From contig JAFCFN010000003.1 of assembly GCA_017608625.1 (NCBI GenBank), positions 3,068 to 67,067 of the forward strand: 64,000 bases of DNA, given 5' to 3'. The notes below the pieces were generated by a model. That model was not told the origin of the DNA and made no database searches. It worked only from the letters and a program-made list of their open reading frames with translations. Of this stretch, positions 47,852-57,763 are shown piece after piece; the stretch's first letter is position 1; each line of letters opens with the position of its first letter. Source of the DNA: Candidatus Woesearchaeota archaeon (GTDB lineage: Archaea > Nanobdellota > Nanobdellia > Woesearchaeales > JAFCFN01). A program made the translations under genes and the position numbers.

Positions 47852-50242
47852 ATGCCTGAGCAGATTAAACAAAAAGTGATAGAAGACGAGATGAAGCAAT
47901 CTTATCTAGACTATTCTATGTCTGTGATAGTTGGAAGAGCCTTACCAGATGCGAGGGATGGATTAAAACCAGTTCATAGAAGAGTTCTTTATACAATGCA
48001 TGAGCTTGGTTTATTGCATAATAAACCATTCAAAAAATCAGCAAACATTGTTGGTAATTGTATGGCTAAATACCACCCCCATGGAGATCTGCCAATTTAT
48101 GATGCTCTAGTTAGAATGGCTCAAGACTTCTCATTAAGATACCCTTTAGTTCAGGGCCAAGGAAATTTTGGAAGCATAGATGGTGATAAACCAGCTGCAA
48201 TGAGATACACAGAAGCAAGGTTAAGCAAACTTTCAGAAGAGCTATTACAAGATATAGAAAAGGATACTGTAAAATTTGTTCCTAATTTTGACAATTCAAC
48301 AAAAGAACCATCTGTGCTGCCATCAAAAGTTCCCAATCTACTTATTAATGGCTCATCAGGAATAGCTGTTGGAATGGCAACCAACATTCCTCCTCACAAT
48401 ATCTCTGAAATCTGTTCAGCAATCATTGCAACTATTGATAATCCAAATATAACAATAGATGAATTAATGCAGCTAGTTCCAGGACCAGATTTCCCAACAG
48501 CAGGCATTATAATGGGAGATTATGGAATCAAAGAAGCATACTCAACAGGCAGAGGAAAAATAATTCTAAGAGCAAAAGCAGAGATCCAAGCAAATAAGAT
48601 TATAGTAACAGAGATTCCCTATCAAGTTAATAAATCAGAACTAGTAGAAGAAATTGCTTCATTAGTAAGAGATAAAAAAATAACAGACATAACTGATTTA
48701 AGAGATGAGTCAGATAAAAAAGGAATAAGAATTGTAATTGAACTAAAAAAATCCTCAAATCCAGAACTAGTTCTTAAACAGCTCTACTCTCAAAGCAGAC
48801 TTCAAACAACTTTTGGAATGATCATGCTTGCATTAGTTGATAACAAACCAATCATTCTTAATTTGAAAAATTTAATTCAAAATTTTATTGACTATAGAAA
48901 AGAAATAATCACAAAAAGAACAGAGTTTGATTTGAAAAAAGCAACAGACAGGAAACACATACTAGAAGGTCTTATCATTGCTCTTAAGAATATAGACTCT
49001 ATAATTAAAATAATCAGATCATCGAAATCAATAGAGCAAGCCTCAAATACCTTAATTCAAAACTTCAGACTAACAAAAATACAGGCATCAGCAATATTAG
49101 ATATGAGGCTGCAGAAATTAACTTCCTTAGAACAAGATAAAATCTCAAAAGAATGTATAGATTTATCAAAAAAAATAGAAGAACTAAAATCAATTCTTGC
49201 ATCTCCTCAGAAAATCCTTAACATAATCAAAACAGAACTAGCATACTTAAAAGAGAACTATGGTGATCCTAGAAGAACGGAGATTACTCACGAGAAAATA
49301 GAAATAGAAGAAGAGGAATTAATCAAATCAGAAGATGTTGTTATAACAATAACACATGCAGGTTACATCAAAAGAATCCCGATCTCTAGTTATAGGCAAC
49401 AGAAAAGAGGGGGAAAAGGAATAATAGCAACAACAATGAAAGAGCAAGACTTTGTTGAGGATCTTTTTGTAGCAAACACCCTTAACAACATCTTATTCTT
49501 TACAGACAAGGGCAATGTTTACTCTTTGAAAGTTCATCAGATTCCTTCTACAAAAAGACAGGCAAGAGGTATTCCGATCATCAACTTATTGGATATTAAA
49601 GATCAGAAAATAACAGCTTCTATTCCAATAAAGGAATTTAAAGAAAATCTTTTTTTGGTTATGGCAACAAAAAAAGGTATAGTCAAAAAAACTCCATTGT
49701 CAGCATTTGAAAACATTAGAAGAACAGGCATAAAGGCAATTACATTGAATAATGATAACTTAATAAATGCTGTTTTGACAGATGGCAACCAGCAATTAGT
49801 GCTTGCAACAAAAAAAGGTATAGTCATTAAATTTAATGAAAGGGATGTCAGGCCAATGGGAAGAACAGCAGCAGGTGTAAGAGGCATTAAACTTAAAGCT
49901 GATGATTCTGTTATTGGTTTAGTTATTGCTAAGGATGAAGAAACTCTACTAACAATCACAGAAAATGGTTTTGGAAAAAGAACAAAAATAAGCGATTATA
50001 GACTAATATCAAGAGGAGGTTCTGGAGTACTCAATCTGAAAATAACATCTAAGAATGGTTTAGTAACAGGAATAAAAACAGTTACAGATAAAGATGAATT
50101 AATGTTGATTTCTCAAAAAGGCATTGCAATCAGGATTTCTGCAGGTGAAATTTCTGTAATGGGAAGAGTAACACAAGGAGTAAGAATAATGAAACTAGTT
50201 CCAGGAGATAAATTAATAGCTCTAGCTAAAATAGCCCAATAA
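47852..50242 (+). CDS. gyrA: DNA gyrase subunit A
   Basis: [29 protein letters not shown] with the active-site Tyr region. C-terminal beta-pinwheel repeats. Confidence 0.9.
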   Translation: MPEQIKQKVIEDEMKQSYLDYSMSVIVGRALPDARDGLKPVHRRVLYTMHELGLLHNKPFKKSANIVGNCMAKYHPHGDLPIYDALVRMAQDFSLRYPLVQGQGNFGSIDGDKPAAMRYTEARLSKLSEELLQDIEKDTVKFVPNFDNSTKEPSVLPSKVPNLLINGSSGIAVGMATNIPPHNISEICSAIIATIDNPNITIDELMQLVPGPDFPTAGIIMGDYGIKEAYSTGRGKIILRAKAEIQANKIIVTEIPYQVNKSELVEEIASLVRDKKITDITDLRDESDKKGIRIVIELKKSSNPELVLKQLYSQSRLQTTFGMIMLALVDNKPIILNLKNLIQNFIDYRKEIITKRTEFDLKKATDRKHILEGLIIALKNIDSIIKIIRSSKSIEQASNTLIQNFRLTKIQASAILDMRLQKLTSLEQDKISKECIDLSKKIEELKSILASPQKILNIIKTELAYLKENYGDPRRTEITHEKIEIEEEELIKSEDVVITITHAGYIKRIPISSYRQQKRGGKGIIATTMKEQDFVEDLFVANTLNNILFFTDKGNVYSLKVHQIPSTKRQARGIPIINLLDIKDQKITASIPIKEFKENLFLVMATKKGIVKKTPLSAFENIRRTGIKAITLNNDNLINAVLTDGNQQLVLATKKGIVIKFNERDVRPMGRTAAGVRGIKLKADDSVIGLVIAKDEETLLTITENGFGKRTKISDYRLISRGGSGVLNLKITSKNGLVTGIKTVTDKDELMLISQKGIAIRISAGEISVMGRVTQGVRIMKLVPGDKLIALAKIAQ

Positions 50243-50281
50243 CAAAAGATTTATAAATCAATAATTCTACTAATACATTAT

Positions 50282-50560
50282 ATGGCTCCTGAAATGAGAA
50301 ATCCAAATTTATTTGAAAAAATATTGCTTGTTATTGGGATTCTTGTTCTGATCATTGGGTTTGCATTTATTCAAAAAATAGCTATTGCAATTGGTTTTGG
50401 ATGGGAATTATTATCTCTAATTTTCCTATGGCTGATTTTGGTAGTTCTGATCATAATGCTTTCTGCTATTGAAAACATGAAAGAAGAGCTAAAGCTGGCT
50501 AATAATATAGAAGTAGCAGAATTGAGATTGATGAGAGAAGAGTTTAAGAGAAAAAAATAG
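50282..50560 (+). CDS. Small two-TM membrane protein, hypothetical
   Basis: ORF with two hydrophobic helices. Confidence 0.3.
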   Translation: MAPEMRNPNLFEKILLVIGILVLIIGFAFIQKIAIAIGFGWELLSLIFLWLILVVLIIMLSAIENMKEELKLANNIEVAELRLMREEFKRKK

Positions 50561-50999
50561 GCTGTTTTTAGATAAAATTGAATTTGACCACATAATCAAA
50601 TAAGAGCCCGGAAAAATAGAAATATTTATTGTTGATTATCACTTTCTTCAATTAATTTTTATTTTAATTAGGAGAAAGATAATAAACATAGAAGTAACAA
50701 ACCGTGTCGTTACAACAGATCTAAAACATAAACTTCTTTAGAGAAAATAGCCTCTACACTGCATCATACAAAATATAACTCTGTACAATTTTCAGGCAAC
50801 TATATAAAGTAAATTTCTGTTGTTTTCAAATGGAAAAACAGTTTGTACCGGGACAAAAGTAAAGAAGAAAAGGATATTTGTGTTGAAAAATTAGTCAAAG
50901 TTATTTAAATAAAATACAGAAAAAGGGTTAAAGAAAAAGAAAAATAGATTTCCTATAAAAATCGCTACCTTTATAAATCCCCAATTTCTCCTACTTTAT

Positions 51000-51390
51000 G
51001 TGGGGCACATACTTAACTTTCGCAGCTTTAGTTGTGAGGAAAGTCCGCCCACCATTGCGAAAGTTGCGTGATCATGCCGCAACTTGAGCTTAAAGGCCAC
51101 TTGTGAAAGCAAGTTGCAGAAATGCAAGGCAACGGCACAGACATGACACGGCCTTCAAAGTTGAGATGATATGGCGAATCAGCTGAGCAATTGGCTGAGA
51201 GCTAACCTATTGATGTCTTTGAAGGATGCGGTTAAACAGCCAGTCCTGGCCGGTGCAAGTTAAGTGAGCAAAGCTCACGATTACGCTTAGTAGAATGTTA
51301 AGGCAGTCTATTGTTGCCAAGCCATAAATCTGCAAGGCAGATTTATGGCTAAACAAGACTGACAAAAGGCGGCTTATTTTGCCCCACACA
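51000..51390 (+). ncRNA. rnpB: RNase P RNA (archaeal type A-like)
   Basis: GC-rich island in AT-rich DNA. GAGGAAAGTCCGCCC near the 5' end and ACAAAAGGCGGCTTAT near the 3' end (P4 pairing with GGGC-to-CGCC covariation). Terminal P1 helix TGGGGCA/TGCCCCA. TATA-like CTTTATAAA about 25 nt upstream. Rpp29 protein is present in the window. Confidence 0.85.
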
Positions 51391-51411
51391 TTTTCACTTT
51401 GAGGATTAAAA

Positions 51412-51576
51412 ATGGCTAATGAAAAAATAAGAATGCCTTCTGGAATGGGAGGATTAGTAAGATATTTTGATGAATACAAAAGCAAAATAGAGTTCAAGCC
51501 AGGACTAATAGTCCTATTTGTAATTATTGTAATAATTATTGAGATAATTCTTCATACAAGTATTATTCTAGGTTAA
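51412..51576 (+). CDS. secG: Sec61-beta / SecG (archaeal preprotein translocase beta subunit), 54 aa, missed by the 60-aa ORF cutoff
   Basis: MANEKIRMPSGMGGLVRYFDEY...C-terminal TM matches the Sec61-beta motif (GLxRYFDE). GAGG SD 6 nt upstream. Confidence 0.75.
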   Translation: MANEKIRMPSGMGGLVRYFDEYKSKIEFKPGLIVLFVIIVIIIEIILHTSIILG

Positions 51577-51577
51577 A

Positions 51578-51907
51578 ATGTTTGGCATCAATCCCAGGAA
51601 AGCCACTCAATTAATGAAGCAGATGGGTATAAAACAAGAAGAGATAGCTGCTTCTGAAGTGATCATAAAAACAGAAGACAAAGAATTGATAATTAAGAAC
51701 CCTTTTGTAGCAAAAATAGAAATAGCAGGTCAAATATCTTTTCAGGTTTCTGGTAAAGTAGAAGAAAAAGAACTTAAAGCAGAGATTAGTGAAGATGACA
51801 TAAAAACAGTAATAGAGCAAACTAATTGTACAGAAGAAGAAGCAAGAAAAGCGTTAGAAGAATCTGAAGGCGATTTAGCTAAGGCTATTCTGACTATAAA
51901 GAATTAA
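51578..51907 (+). CDS. nac: Nascent polypeptide-associated complex alpha subunit (NAC plus UBA)
   Basis: NAC domain MKQMGIKQEEI...VIIKTEDKELIIKNPFV. C-terminal UBA EEEARKALEESEGDLAKAI. Confidence 0.8.
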   Translation: MFGINPRKATQLMKQMGIKQEEIAASEVIIKTEDKELIIKNPFVAKIEIAGQISFQVSGKVEEKELKAEISEDDIKTVIEQTNCTEEEARKALEESEGDLAKAILTIKN

Positions 51908-51958
51908 TAAGCTAAAAATAACGAAAACTATTAAAACTTCCCTACCTTACTTTTTCTT

Positions 51959-52444
51959 ATGGAAGAGTTTCAGATCTTAAGAGAAAAAGCCAAAAACAGA
52001 CTACAAATAGCAGACCACATGTTAACTATGACATATCCGTTGGTTAAAGATACAAAATTGCTTTTGGTTATTATGGAAAATATCTTCTTGGCTTTAACAT
52101 ATGCCATGAGTTCCATACTTTACTATGAACGATTATTCAAAAGAATCCCAGCATTTACTGATAACTTCGAATCAAAATTTAATCTCTTCAAAGAAAGATG
52201 CGTCAATAAATATAGCATAGACAAACAATATTTAACACTTTTACAGAACGTCAAAAATATTATGGTCGAGCATAAGAAAAGTCCAATGGAATTTGAAAGA
52301 AAAGGCAAATTTGTTATTTGTTCAAATTCATATAGATTAAGAACAATATCAATCAGTCAAATTAAAGAGTATATTACAAAAACAAAGGAGTTTGTACAAC
52401 TCTCTGCAAATATAGTTAGTAAAAATGAAGAGATATTTAGATGA
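51959..52444 (+). CDS. All-helical protein, paralog A of a tandem pair (HEPN-like, tentative)
   Basis: RLQIADHML N-terminal helix and EFERKGKFV...IKEYITKTKEFV C-terminal block align to paralog B. Confidence 0.4.
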   Translation: MEEFQILREKAKNRLQIADHMLTMTYPLVKDTKLLLVIMENIFLALTYAMSSILYYERLFKRIPAFTDNFESKFNLFKERCVNKYSIDKQYLTLLQNVKNIMVEHKKSPMEFERKGKFVICSNSYRLRTISISQIKEYITKTKEFVQLSANIVSKNEEIFR

Positions 52445-52880
52445 AGCAAAAGAAGAACTAAAAAGAGCAGACCACTTATTATATGTCAGTCTAAAATATA
52501 CAAGAACAGTTGATGTTATAAGAAGTGTTATCCAAAGATTAATTACAACATACGATGCAGTGATAAATGCCTTATTAGAATATGCTTTGAAAAAAAAGAA
52601 AATAAAAACACTCCCAACAGCACCTGCTATGAAAGCAGATGTCTTGAAAAATGTGTTCAAAAATGATGAAAAAATTGTTGATAACCTAAACTTTTATCTT
52701 TTACTAAGAAAGATAATAAAAGCAAAAACAACAAAAAGAGAAGAATATAGAAGACATGTTACAATGACAGCTCACATAACTCCTACCCAGGTAGTTGAGG
52801 TTAATACAGATATTTTAAAAGAACACTATTTTAAAACAAAAGATTTTTTAGAATATGTTAAGGAAGAAGTAATAAAGTAG
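52425..52880 (+). CDS. All-helical protein, paralog B of a tandem pair (HEPN-like, tentative)
   Basis: LKRADHLLY, RRHVTMTAH (Rx6H-like), LKEHYFKTKDFLEYV. Starts 20 nt inside paralog A. Confidence 0.4.
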   Translation: MKRYLDEAKEELKRADHLLYVSLKYTRTVDVIRSVIQRLITTYDAVINALLEYALKKKKIKTLPTAPAMKADVLKNVFKNDEKIVDNLNFYLLLRKIIKAKTTKREEYRRHVTMTAHITPTQVVEVNTDILKEHYFKTKDFLEYVKEEVIK

Positions 52881-52917
52881 AAAGGCATTTAAATAAGAGC
52901 ACTTTATTTAAATTCAA

Positions 52918-53409
52918 ATGAATAAGGAAAGATTAATCAAAAAATTAAAATCAAAAGGATGGAGTAATGAAGATATAAACAAGGCTTTTAAAATAATGGA
53001 GAGATCTGATAGAACAGAAACAAAACCATTTATGAACAGGGTTGTTTATTGGACAGCACTCATTGTAACTGTAATAGGCAATCTTTTTGTGTCAGTTATT
53101 CTTATTCTTTTCCTTATTGCTCTGAACAAATTAGCACTTTATGCAATTATTGCAACTATTGCTCTAACATTTGGTTTATTATTTAATTTAATAATTAATG
53201 ATATAGAAAACATAGACCCTAAACATCATGTAATAGCAAGCATTTTTATTCCAGCAATAGCATTAATAAATATATATGTTATAACAATTCTGACAAATGA
53301 TGTACAGCTTACCTTACAAATACAAAACCCACATTCACCAATCTTAGTCAGTATTGTTTATGTTGTTGCATTCATGTTGCCTTATATTGTTAATAATTAC
53401 ACAAAATAA
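52918..53409 (+). CDS. Membrane protein, hypothetical (soluble N-terminal 40 aa plus 4 TM)
   Basis: ORF and hydropathy. Confidence 0.35.
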   Translation: MNKERLIKKLKSKGWSNEDINKAFKIMERSDRTETKPFMNRVVYWTALIVTVIGNLFVSVILILFLIALNKLALYAIIATIALTFGLLFNLIINDIENIDPKHHVIASIFIPAIALINIYVITILTNDVQLTLQIQNPHSPILVSIVYVVAFMLPYIVNNYTK

Positions 53410-53458
53410 AGACAAAACTTTATAAATTATGTACTCTTTTTTTCTTTTTAATTTATAT

Positions 53459-53531
53459 GGCGGTAGTCGTATAATGGTTATTATGCAGGCCTGTGGAGCC
53501 TGAGAAGCGAGTTCGATTCTCGCCTACCGCC
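53459..53531 (+). tRNA. tRNA-His(GTG) with encoded G-1
   Basis: G-1 + GCGGTAG acceptor paired to CTACCGC, discriminator C. Anticodon stem CAGGC/GCCTG with loop CTGTGGA (GTG). T-arm GCGAG TTCGATT CTCGC. Confidence 0.85.
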
Positions 53532-53638
53532 TTGAACATTAATTTTCGTAAGCTTTATAAAGGACCATTTTTTAAGCCATAATAGCCCGAGTGAATAGCG
53601 TTTTAGGGCTCTTGTAAAAGAGTTCTCGGGTCTTTAAG

Positions 53639-54181
53639 GTGGTTAATTTGGAAGAAAAAAGCAAGAATTTCCGACATGTCAGAAATGAAATTTCTGAGCA
53701 TGATCAGAAATCGCGAAGCGATTTCCGACATTTTGTAAGAATCTTGAACACAGACTTAGAAGGAGCTAAAACACTACAAAACTCTTTAAGAAAAATAAAA
53801 GGAGTTAGTTTTATGTTTGCTAATGCAGTTTGTTATTTGGCAGGCATAGACAAAAATAAACTTACTGGAGAACTAAATGATGACGAAGTAAAGAAGTTGG
53901 AAGAGGTAATTAAAAATCCATCTAAATTTGGTATGCCTATATGGATGTTAAACAGAAGAAAGGATTATGAAACAGGAGAAAACAAACACCTGTTAGTATC
54001 AGACCTTGACTTTACAAAAGAGAATGATATCAAAAGACTGAAAAAAATAAAAGCATATAGAGGAGTTAGACATATGTTTGGGTTGCCGGTAAGAGGACAA
54101 AGAACAAGATCAAACTTTAGACCAAATAAAGGAAAAGCACGTCTTGGAGTTAAAAAACCAAAGAGAAGAGGTAAAGTATAA
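53639..54181 (+). CDS. rps13: Ribosomal protein S13 (uS13); the N-terminal 28 aa look like a duplicated leader, and the true start may be the in-frame TTG at 53648
   Basis: FRHFVRILNTDLEG...GLPVRGQRTRSNFR. Upstream duplicate NFRHVRNEIS (11-nt direct repeat ATTTCCGACAT). Confidence 0.8.
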   Translation: MVNLEEKSKNFRHVRNEISEHDQKSRSDFRHFVRILNTDLEGAKTLQNSLRKIKGVSFMFANAVCYLAGIDKNKLTGELNDDEVKKLEEVIKNPSKFGMPIWMLNRRKDYETGENKHLLVSDLDFTKENDIKRLKKIKAYRGVRHMFGLPVRGQRTRSNFRPNKGKARLGVKKPKRRGKV

Positions 54182-54183
54182 GA

Positions 54184-54852
54184 ATGGGAGATCCTAAAAG
54201 AAGAAGGAAAACATACACGACACCACCTATTTTATGGAATAAAGAACGGATGGAAGAGGAAAGAAAGCTTTTGCAAGAGTATGGACTCAAAAATAAAAAA
54301 GAGCTTTGGAAGATGAACTCTTTACTAAGCTCATTTGCACAACAAGCAAAAAAATTAATTGCAGCAACAACTCCTCAATCAGAGCTAGAAAAAAAGCAGT
54401 TATTGACTAGACTCTCCTCACTCGGACTTATACCATCTGCAACCAATATAGATGATGCTTTAGCTCTTGATATAAGAAAAATCTTAGAAAGAAGATTGCA
54501 AACTCTAGTTTTCAAAAAAGGTCTAGCAAGAACACCCAAACAAGCAAGACAGTTCATAACACATGGTCATATTGCTATTGGCAATAAAAAAATCACTGTA
54601 CCATCTTATTTAGTGCCTAAATCTGAAGAAGATCAAATATCCTTTATCTATGCATCACCTCTTACAAGCTTAGAGCATCCAGAAAGGATCCAAAAGAAAC
54701 AAAAAGTCAAAGAAGAGAAATCTGTCAAAGAAGAAAAGAAAGAACCGAAAGAGAAAAAGGAAGCAAAATCACAAAAATCAAAAACCTCAACTAAAGAGGA
54801 AAAAACTGAAAAAAAAGAAGAGCAAGAAAAAAAGAAATCTAAAGAAAAATGA
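54184..54852 (+). CDS. rps4: Ribosomal protein S4 (uS4) with a long K/E-rich C-terminal tail
   Basis: [32 protein letters not shown]...S4 domain [34 protein letters not shown]. Confidence 0.85.
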   Translation: MGDPKRRRKTYTTPPILWNKERMEEERKLLQEYGLKNKKELWKMNSLLSSFAQQAKKLIAATTPQSELEKKQLLTRLSSLGLIPSATNIDDALALDIRKILERRLQTLVFKKGLARTPKQARQFITHGHIAIGNKKITVPSYLVPKSEEDQISFIYASPLTSLEHPERIQKKQKVKEEKSVKEEKKEPKEKKEAKSQKSKTSTKEEKTEKKEEQEKKKSKEK

Positions 54853-55256
54853 AAAAACAAAAACAATTTGCAACTAGATGGGGAATAGCACACATATATT
54901 CTAGTTACAACAATACAATTATTCATGTTACAGATATAACTGGTACTGAAACTATATCAAGAGTTTCTGGAGGACAGGTTGTTAAAGCTGATAGATTAGA
55001 AAGCTCACCAACAGCTGCTATAATGGCAGCAAAAAAGGTAGCTGAAGAGATAATGGAAAAAGGCATAACAGGAATACACGTGAAAATAAGAGCACCAGGA
55101 GGTCACAATGGACCTAGCTCTCCTGGACCAGGAGCACAGGCTGCTATAAGGGCACTGTCCAGAACAGGCTTAAAAATAGGAATTATAGAAGATGTAACCC
55201 CTGTTCCTCACGATGGTTGTAGGAAAAAAGGAGGGAAAAGAGGAAGGAGGGTATGA
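54849..55256 (+). CDS. rps11: Ribosomal protein S11 (uS11)
   Basis: [25 protein letters not shown]...[11 protein letters not shown]. Confidence 0.9.
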   Translation: MKKQKQFATRWGIAHIYSSYNNTIIHVTDITGTETISRVSGGQVVKADRLESSPTAAIMAAKKVAEEIMEKGITGIHVKIRAPGGHNGPSSPGPGAQAAIRALSRTGLKIGIIEDVTPVPHDGCRKKGGKRGRRV

Positions 55257-56047
55257 TGGAAATCAAAATTTTAGAATCAGATCCTAAGAATAACAAAATC
55301 TCATTTTTATTATCAAAAACCACAACCTCTTTTGCAAATGCAATAAGAAGAACAGTAATGGAAGAAGTGCCTGTGATGGCAATAGAGGATGTTGAATTCA
55401 AACAAAACAGCTCTATTTTGTATGATGAGATTATTGCTCATAGACTTGGTTTAATACCATTAAAAACAGACCTTAAATCATACAATTTGCCATCCAAATG
55501 TAAATGTAAAGGGGCAGGTTGTGCCAGATGTCAACTAAAACTCACTCTTAAATCAAAAGGAGAGATGGTTTATGCATCTGATCTTGTAAGTAAAGATCCA
55601 AAAATTAAACCTGTTTATCCTAATACTCCTATAGTTAAATTACTAAAAGGACAAAAGCTAGAGCTGGAAGCCATAGCTTGTTTAGGCCAGGGAAAAGAAC
55701 ACGCTAAATGGAGCCCTGGTTTAATTTTTTATAAATACAAACCAACTATTGAAATTGGAAAAAACGTTAAGGATGCTGAAGCTGTTGTTAAATCATGTCC
55801 TGTTCATGTTTTCGAGATTAAAGGAAATAAATTATCAGTTAATGATGAGAATCTATTAAAGTGTCACTTATGCAGAAATTGTGTTGATACAGATCCTGCA
55901 ATAAAACTGATAGAATCAGAGAATGATCTTATCTTTTACCTGGAAAGTTGGGGACAACTTTCATGCAAAGAAATACTTACAACAGCAGCTGATATATTAC
56001 AAGAAAAATTAAATGAGTTCAATACAAAACTCAAAGAGCTCAAATAA
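55253..56047 (+). CDS. rpoD: DNA-directed RNA polymerase subunit D (Rpo3)
   Basis: [42 protein letters not shown] dimerisation domain. Cys cluster [11 protein letters not shown] plus CHLCRNC (Fe-S/ferredoxin-like insert). Confidence 0.85.
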   Translation: MMEIKILESDPKNNKISFLLSKTTTSFANAIRRTVMEEVPVMAIEDVEFKQNSSILYDEIIAHRLGLIPLKTDLKSYNLPSKCKCKGAGCARCQLKLTLKSKGEMVYASDLVSKDPKIKPVYPNTPIVKLLKGQKLELEAIACLGQGKEHAKWSPGLIFYKYKPTIEIGKNVKDAEAVVKSCPVHVFEIKGNKLSVNDENLLKCHLCRNCVDTDPAIKLIESENDLIFYLESWGQLSCKEILTTAADILQEKLNEFNTKLKELK

Positions 56048-56068
56048 GACATCCTCGTCAAATTGAAT

Positions 56069-56154
56069 GCGAGGGTGTCAGAGTCTGGTCAAATGACTAC
56101 GGTTGAGGGCCGTAGGCCTTAGTGGCTGCGCGGGTTCGAATCCCGTCCCTCGCA
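56069..56154 (+). tRNA. tRNA-Leu(GAG)
   Basis: GCGAGGG TG TCAG..TGAC, anticodon stem TACGG/CCGTA with loop TTGAGGG (GAG), long variable arm GGCCTTAGTGGCT, T-arm GCGGG TTCGAAT CCCGT, acceptor CCCTCGC, discriminator A. Confidence 0.85.
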
Positions 56155-56174
56155 TAATGATCATTGAGGTTTAA

Positions 56175-56537
56175 ATGGTGAAAAGAACAGGTCCAACAAA
56201 TCCAAATTTAAAGGAATTGATCCAAGAACTGAAGAAATTAGCTAGTCAGCAGAATATAAAACTATGGAAAAGAATTGCTTTAGATTTAGAGAAACCAACA
56301 AGACAAAGAAGAGTTGTAAATATTTCAAGGATTAATAGGTACACTAAAAAGGATGAAAATGTTGTTATTCCGGGGAAAGTTCTTGGTTCAGGAGTGTTGG
56401 ATCATCCTGTAACAGTAGCTGCTTGGAAATTTAGTGAGCAAGCAAAGGAAAAAATAAACAAAATAGGTAAAGCAATTTATATACAGGATTTAATGAAACA
56501 GGGTATAAAAGATAAAGGAGTTAGAATAATAGGATGA
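56175..56537 (+). CDS. rpl18e: Ribosomal protein L18e
   Basis: VKRTGPTNPNLKELIQELKK...RRVVNISRINRYTKKDENVVIPGKVLGSG. Confidence 0.85.
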   Translation: MVKRTGPTNPNLKELIQELKKLASQQNIKLWKRIALDLEKPTRQRRVVNISRINRYTKKDENVVIPGKVLGSGVLDHPVTVAAWKFSEQAKEKINKIGKAIYIQDLMKQGIKDKGVRIIG

Positions 56538-56950
56538 TAATTGATGCAACTGATTTAATTTTAGGAAGAATGGCAGCTTTTGTAGCCAAAAAAGCATTAC
56601 TAGGAGAAAAAATAGACATAATAAACTGCGAAAATGCAGTAATTACAGGCAGCAAAGAATTTATCCTATCAAAATATAAACAGACAAGATCTAGAGGTGT
56701 GCCACTAAAAGGTCCTTATTATCCAAGAATGCCTGACAGGTTTGTTAGAAGAGCAATAAGAGGCATGCTAGAATATAAAAAACCTAGAGGAAGAAAAGCT
56801 TTTGAAAGAATAATGTGCTATATCAGTATACCTGAAAATTTTAAAGATAAAAAAGCAGAAACAATTGAAAAAGCAAATATTTCAAAAATTCCAAGTTTAA
56901 AATATATGAGGGTAGGAGAACTTTGCAAATTATTGGGTGCTAAGATATGA
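56534..56950 (+). CDS. rpl13: Ribosomal protein L13 (uL13)
   Basis: IIDATDLILGRMAAFVAKKALLGEKIDIINCE. Confidence 0.85.
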   Translation: MIIDATDLILGRMAAFVAKKALLGEKIDIINCENAVITGSKEFILSKYKQTRSRGVPLKGPYYPRMPDRFVRRAIRGMLEYKKPRGRKAFERIMCYISIPENFKDKKAETIEKANISKIPSLKYMRVGELCKLLGAKI

Positions 56951-57345
56951 AAATAATTCATACTTCAGGAAAAAGAAAAACAGCAATAGCTAGAGCTACA
57001 TTATACCCTGATGGAGAAGGAATAATCAAAATAAATAACAAGTTATTAGAACATTTTGAGCCAGAATTTATTAGACTAAAACTTTCAGAACCATTAATAC
57101 TGGCAGGAGAAACAGCAAAAAAGGTTAATATAAAGGTAAATGTATTTGGAGGAGGGATTAATTCACAAGTAGAAGCCTCAAGATTAGCTATAGCCAAAGC
57201 ATTAGCTAAATTTGATAAAAAACTAGAAAAGACATTTTTAGAGTATGATAGGCAACTACTAGTTGCAGATGTGAGAAGAAAAGAAACCCACAAACCTAAC
57301 AGACATGGTAAAGCAAGAGCAAAAGTAACAAAATCATATAGATAA
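56947..57345 (+). CDS. rps9: Ribosomal protein S9 (uS9)
   Basis: TSGKRKTAIARATLYPDGEG...C-terminal RRKETHKPNRHGKARAKVTKSYR. Confidence 0.9.
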   Translation: MKIIHTSGKRKTAIARATLYPDGEGIIKINNKLLEHFEPEFIRLKLSEPLILAGETAKKVNIKVNVFGGGINSQVEASRLAIAKALAKFDKKLEKTFLEYDRQLLVADVRRKETHKPNRHGKARAKVTKSYR

Positions 57346-57348
57346 AAA

Positions 57349-57543
57349 ATGGAACGAGAAAACAAAAGTTTAGAAAAAACTACCCAACTATTTGAGTATA
57401 TACCAAATAATTCATTACTTAGACAGGAAATTAACAAAATGATAGAATCTTTTGCAAAGTATTGTTATAATCATATGTTTGACAAATTGAAAATAAATCA
57501 GGATATAAAAAAATTTGCAAATTATTGTTTAAACAAAAGGTGA
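57349..57543 (+). CDS. Small hypothetical protein inserted between rps9 and rpoN
   Basis: ORF only (64 aa). Not RpoK-like. Confidence 0.3.
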   Translation: MERENKSLEKTTQLFEYIPNNSLLRQEINKMIESFAKYCYNHMFDKLKINQDIKKFANYCLNKR

Positions 57544-57547
57544 AAAT

Positions 57548-57745
57548 ATGATAATTCCAATAAGATGCTTTAGTTGTGGAAAACCAGTTGCTCATTTATG
57601 GGAAGAGTACTGTAAAAGAGTTAAAGAAGGCGAAGAAAGAAAAAAAGTTCTTGATGATTTAGGCTTAGAAAGATATTGTTGTAGAGCATTATTTCTAGGT
57701 CATGTCGATTTAATAGATATAGCAGCAAGATTCAGAAAATTTTGA
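57548..57745 (+). CDS. rpoN: DNA-directed RNA polymerase subunit N (Rpo10)
   Basis: MIIPIRCFSCGKPVAHLWEEY...RYCCRALFLGHVDLI matches the RpoN/RPB10 Zn-bundle. Confidence 0.85.
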   Translation: MIIPIRCFSCGKPVAHLWEEYCKRVKEGEERKKVLDDLGLERYCCRALFLGHVDLIDIAARFRKF

Positions 57746-57763
57746 AAAAATAATTTAATATTT

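Noticed and set aside
51207-51497. 96-aa minus-strand ORF in the ORF track
   Set aside because: It lies entirely antisense within the RNase P RNA gene and the Sec61-beta start region. It has GC-rich atypical composition and no motif, so it is judged spurious.
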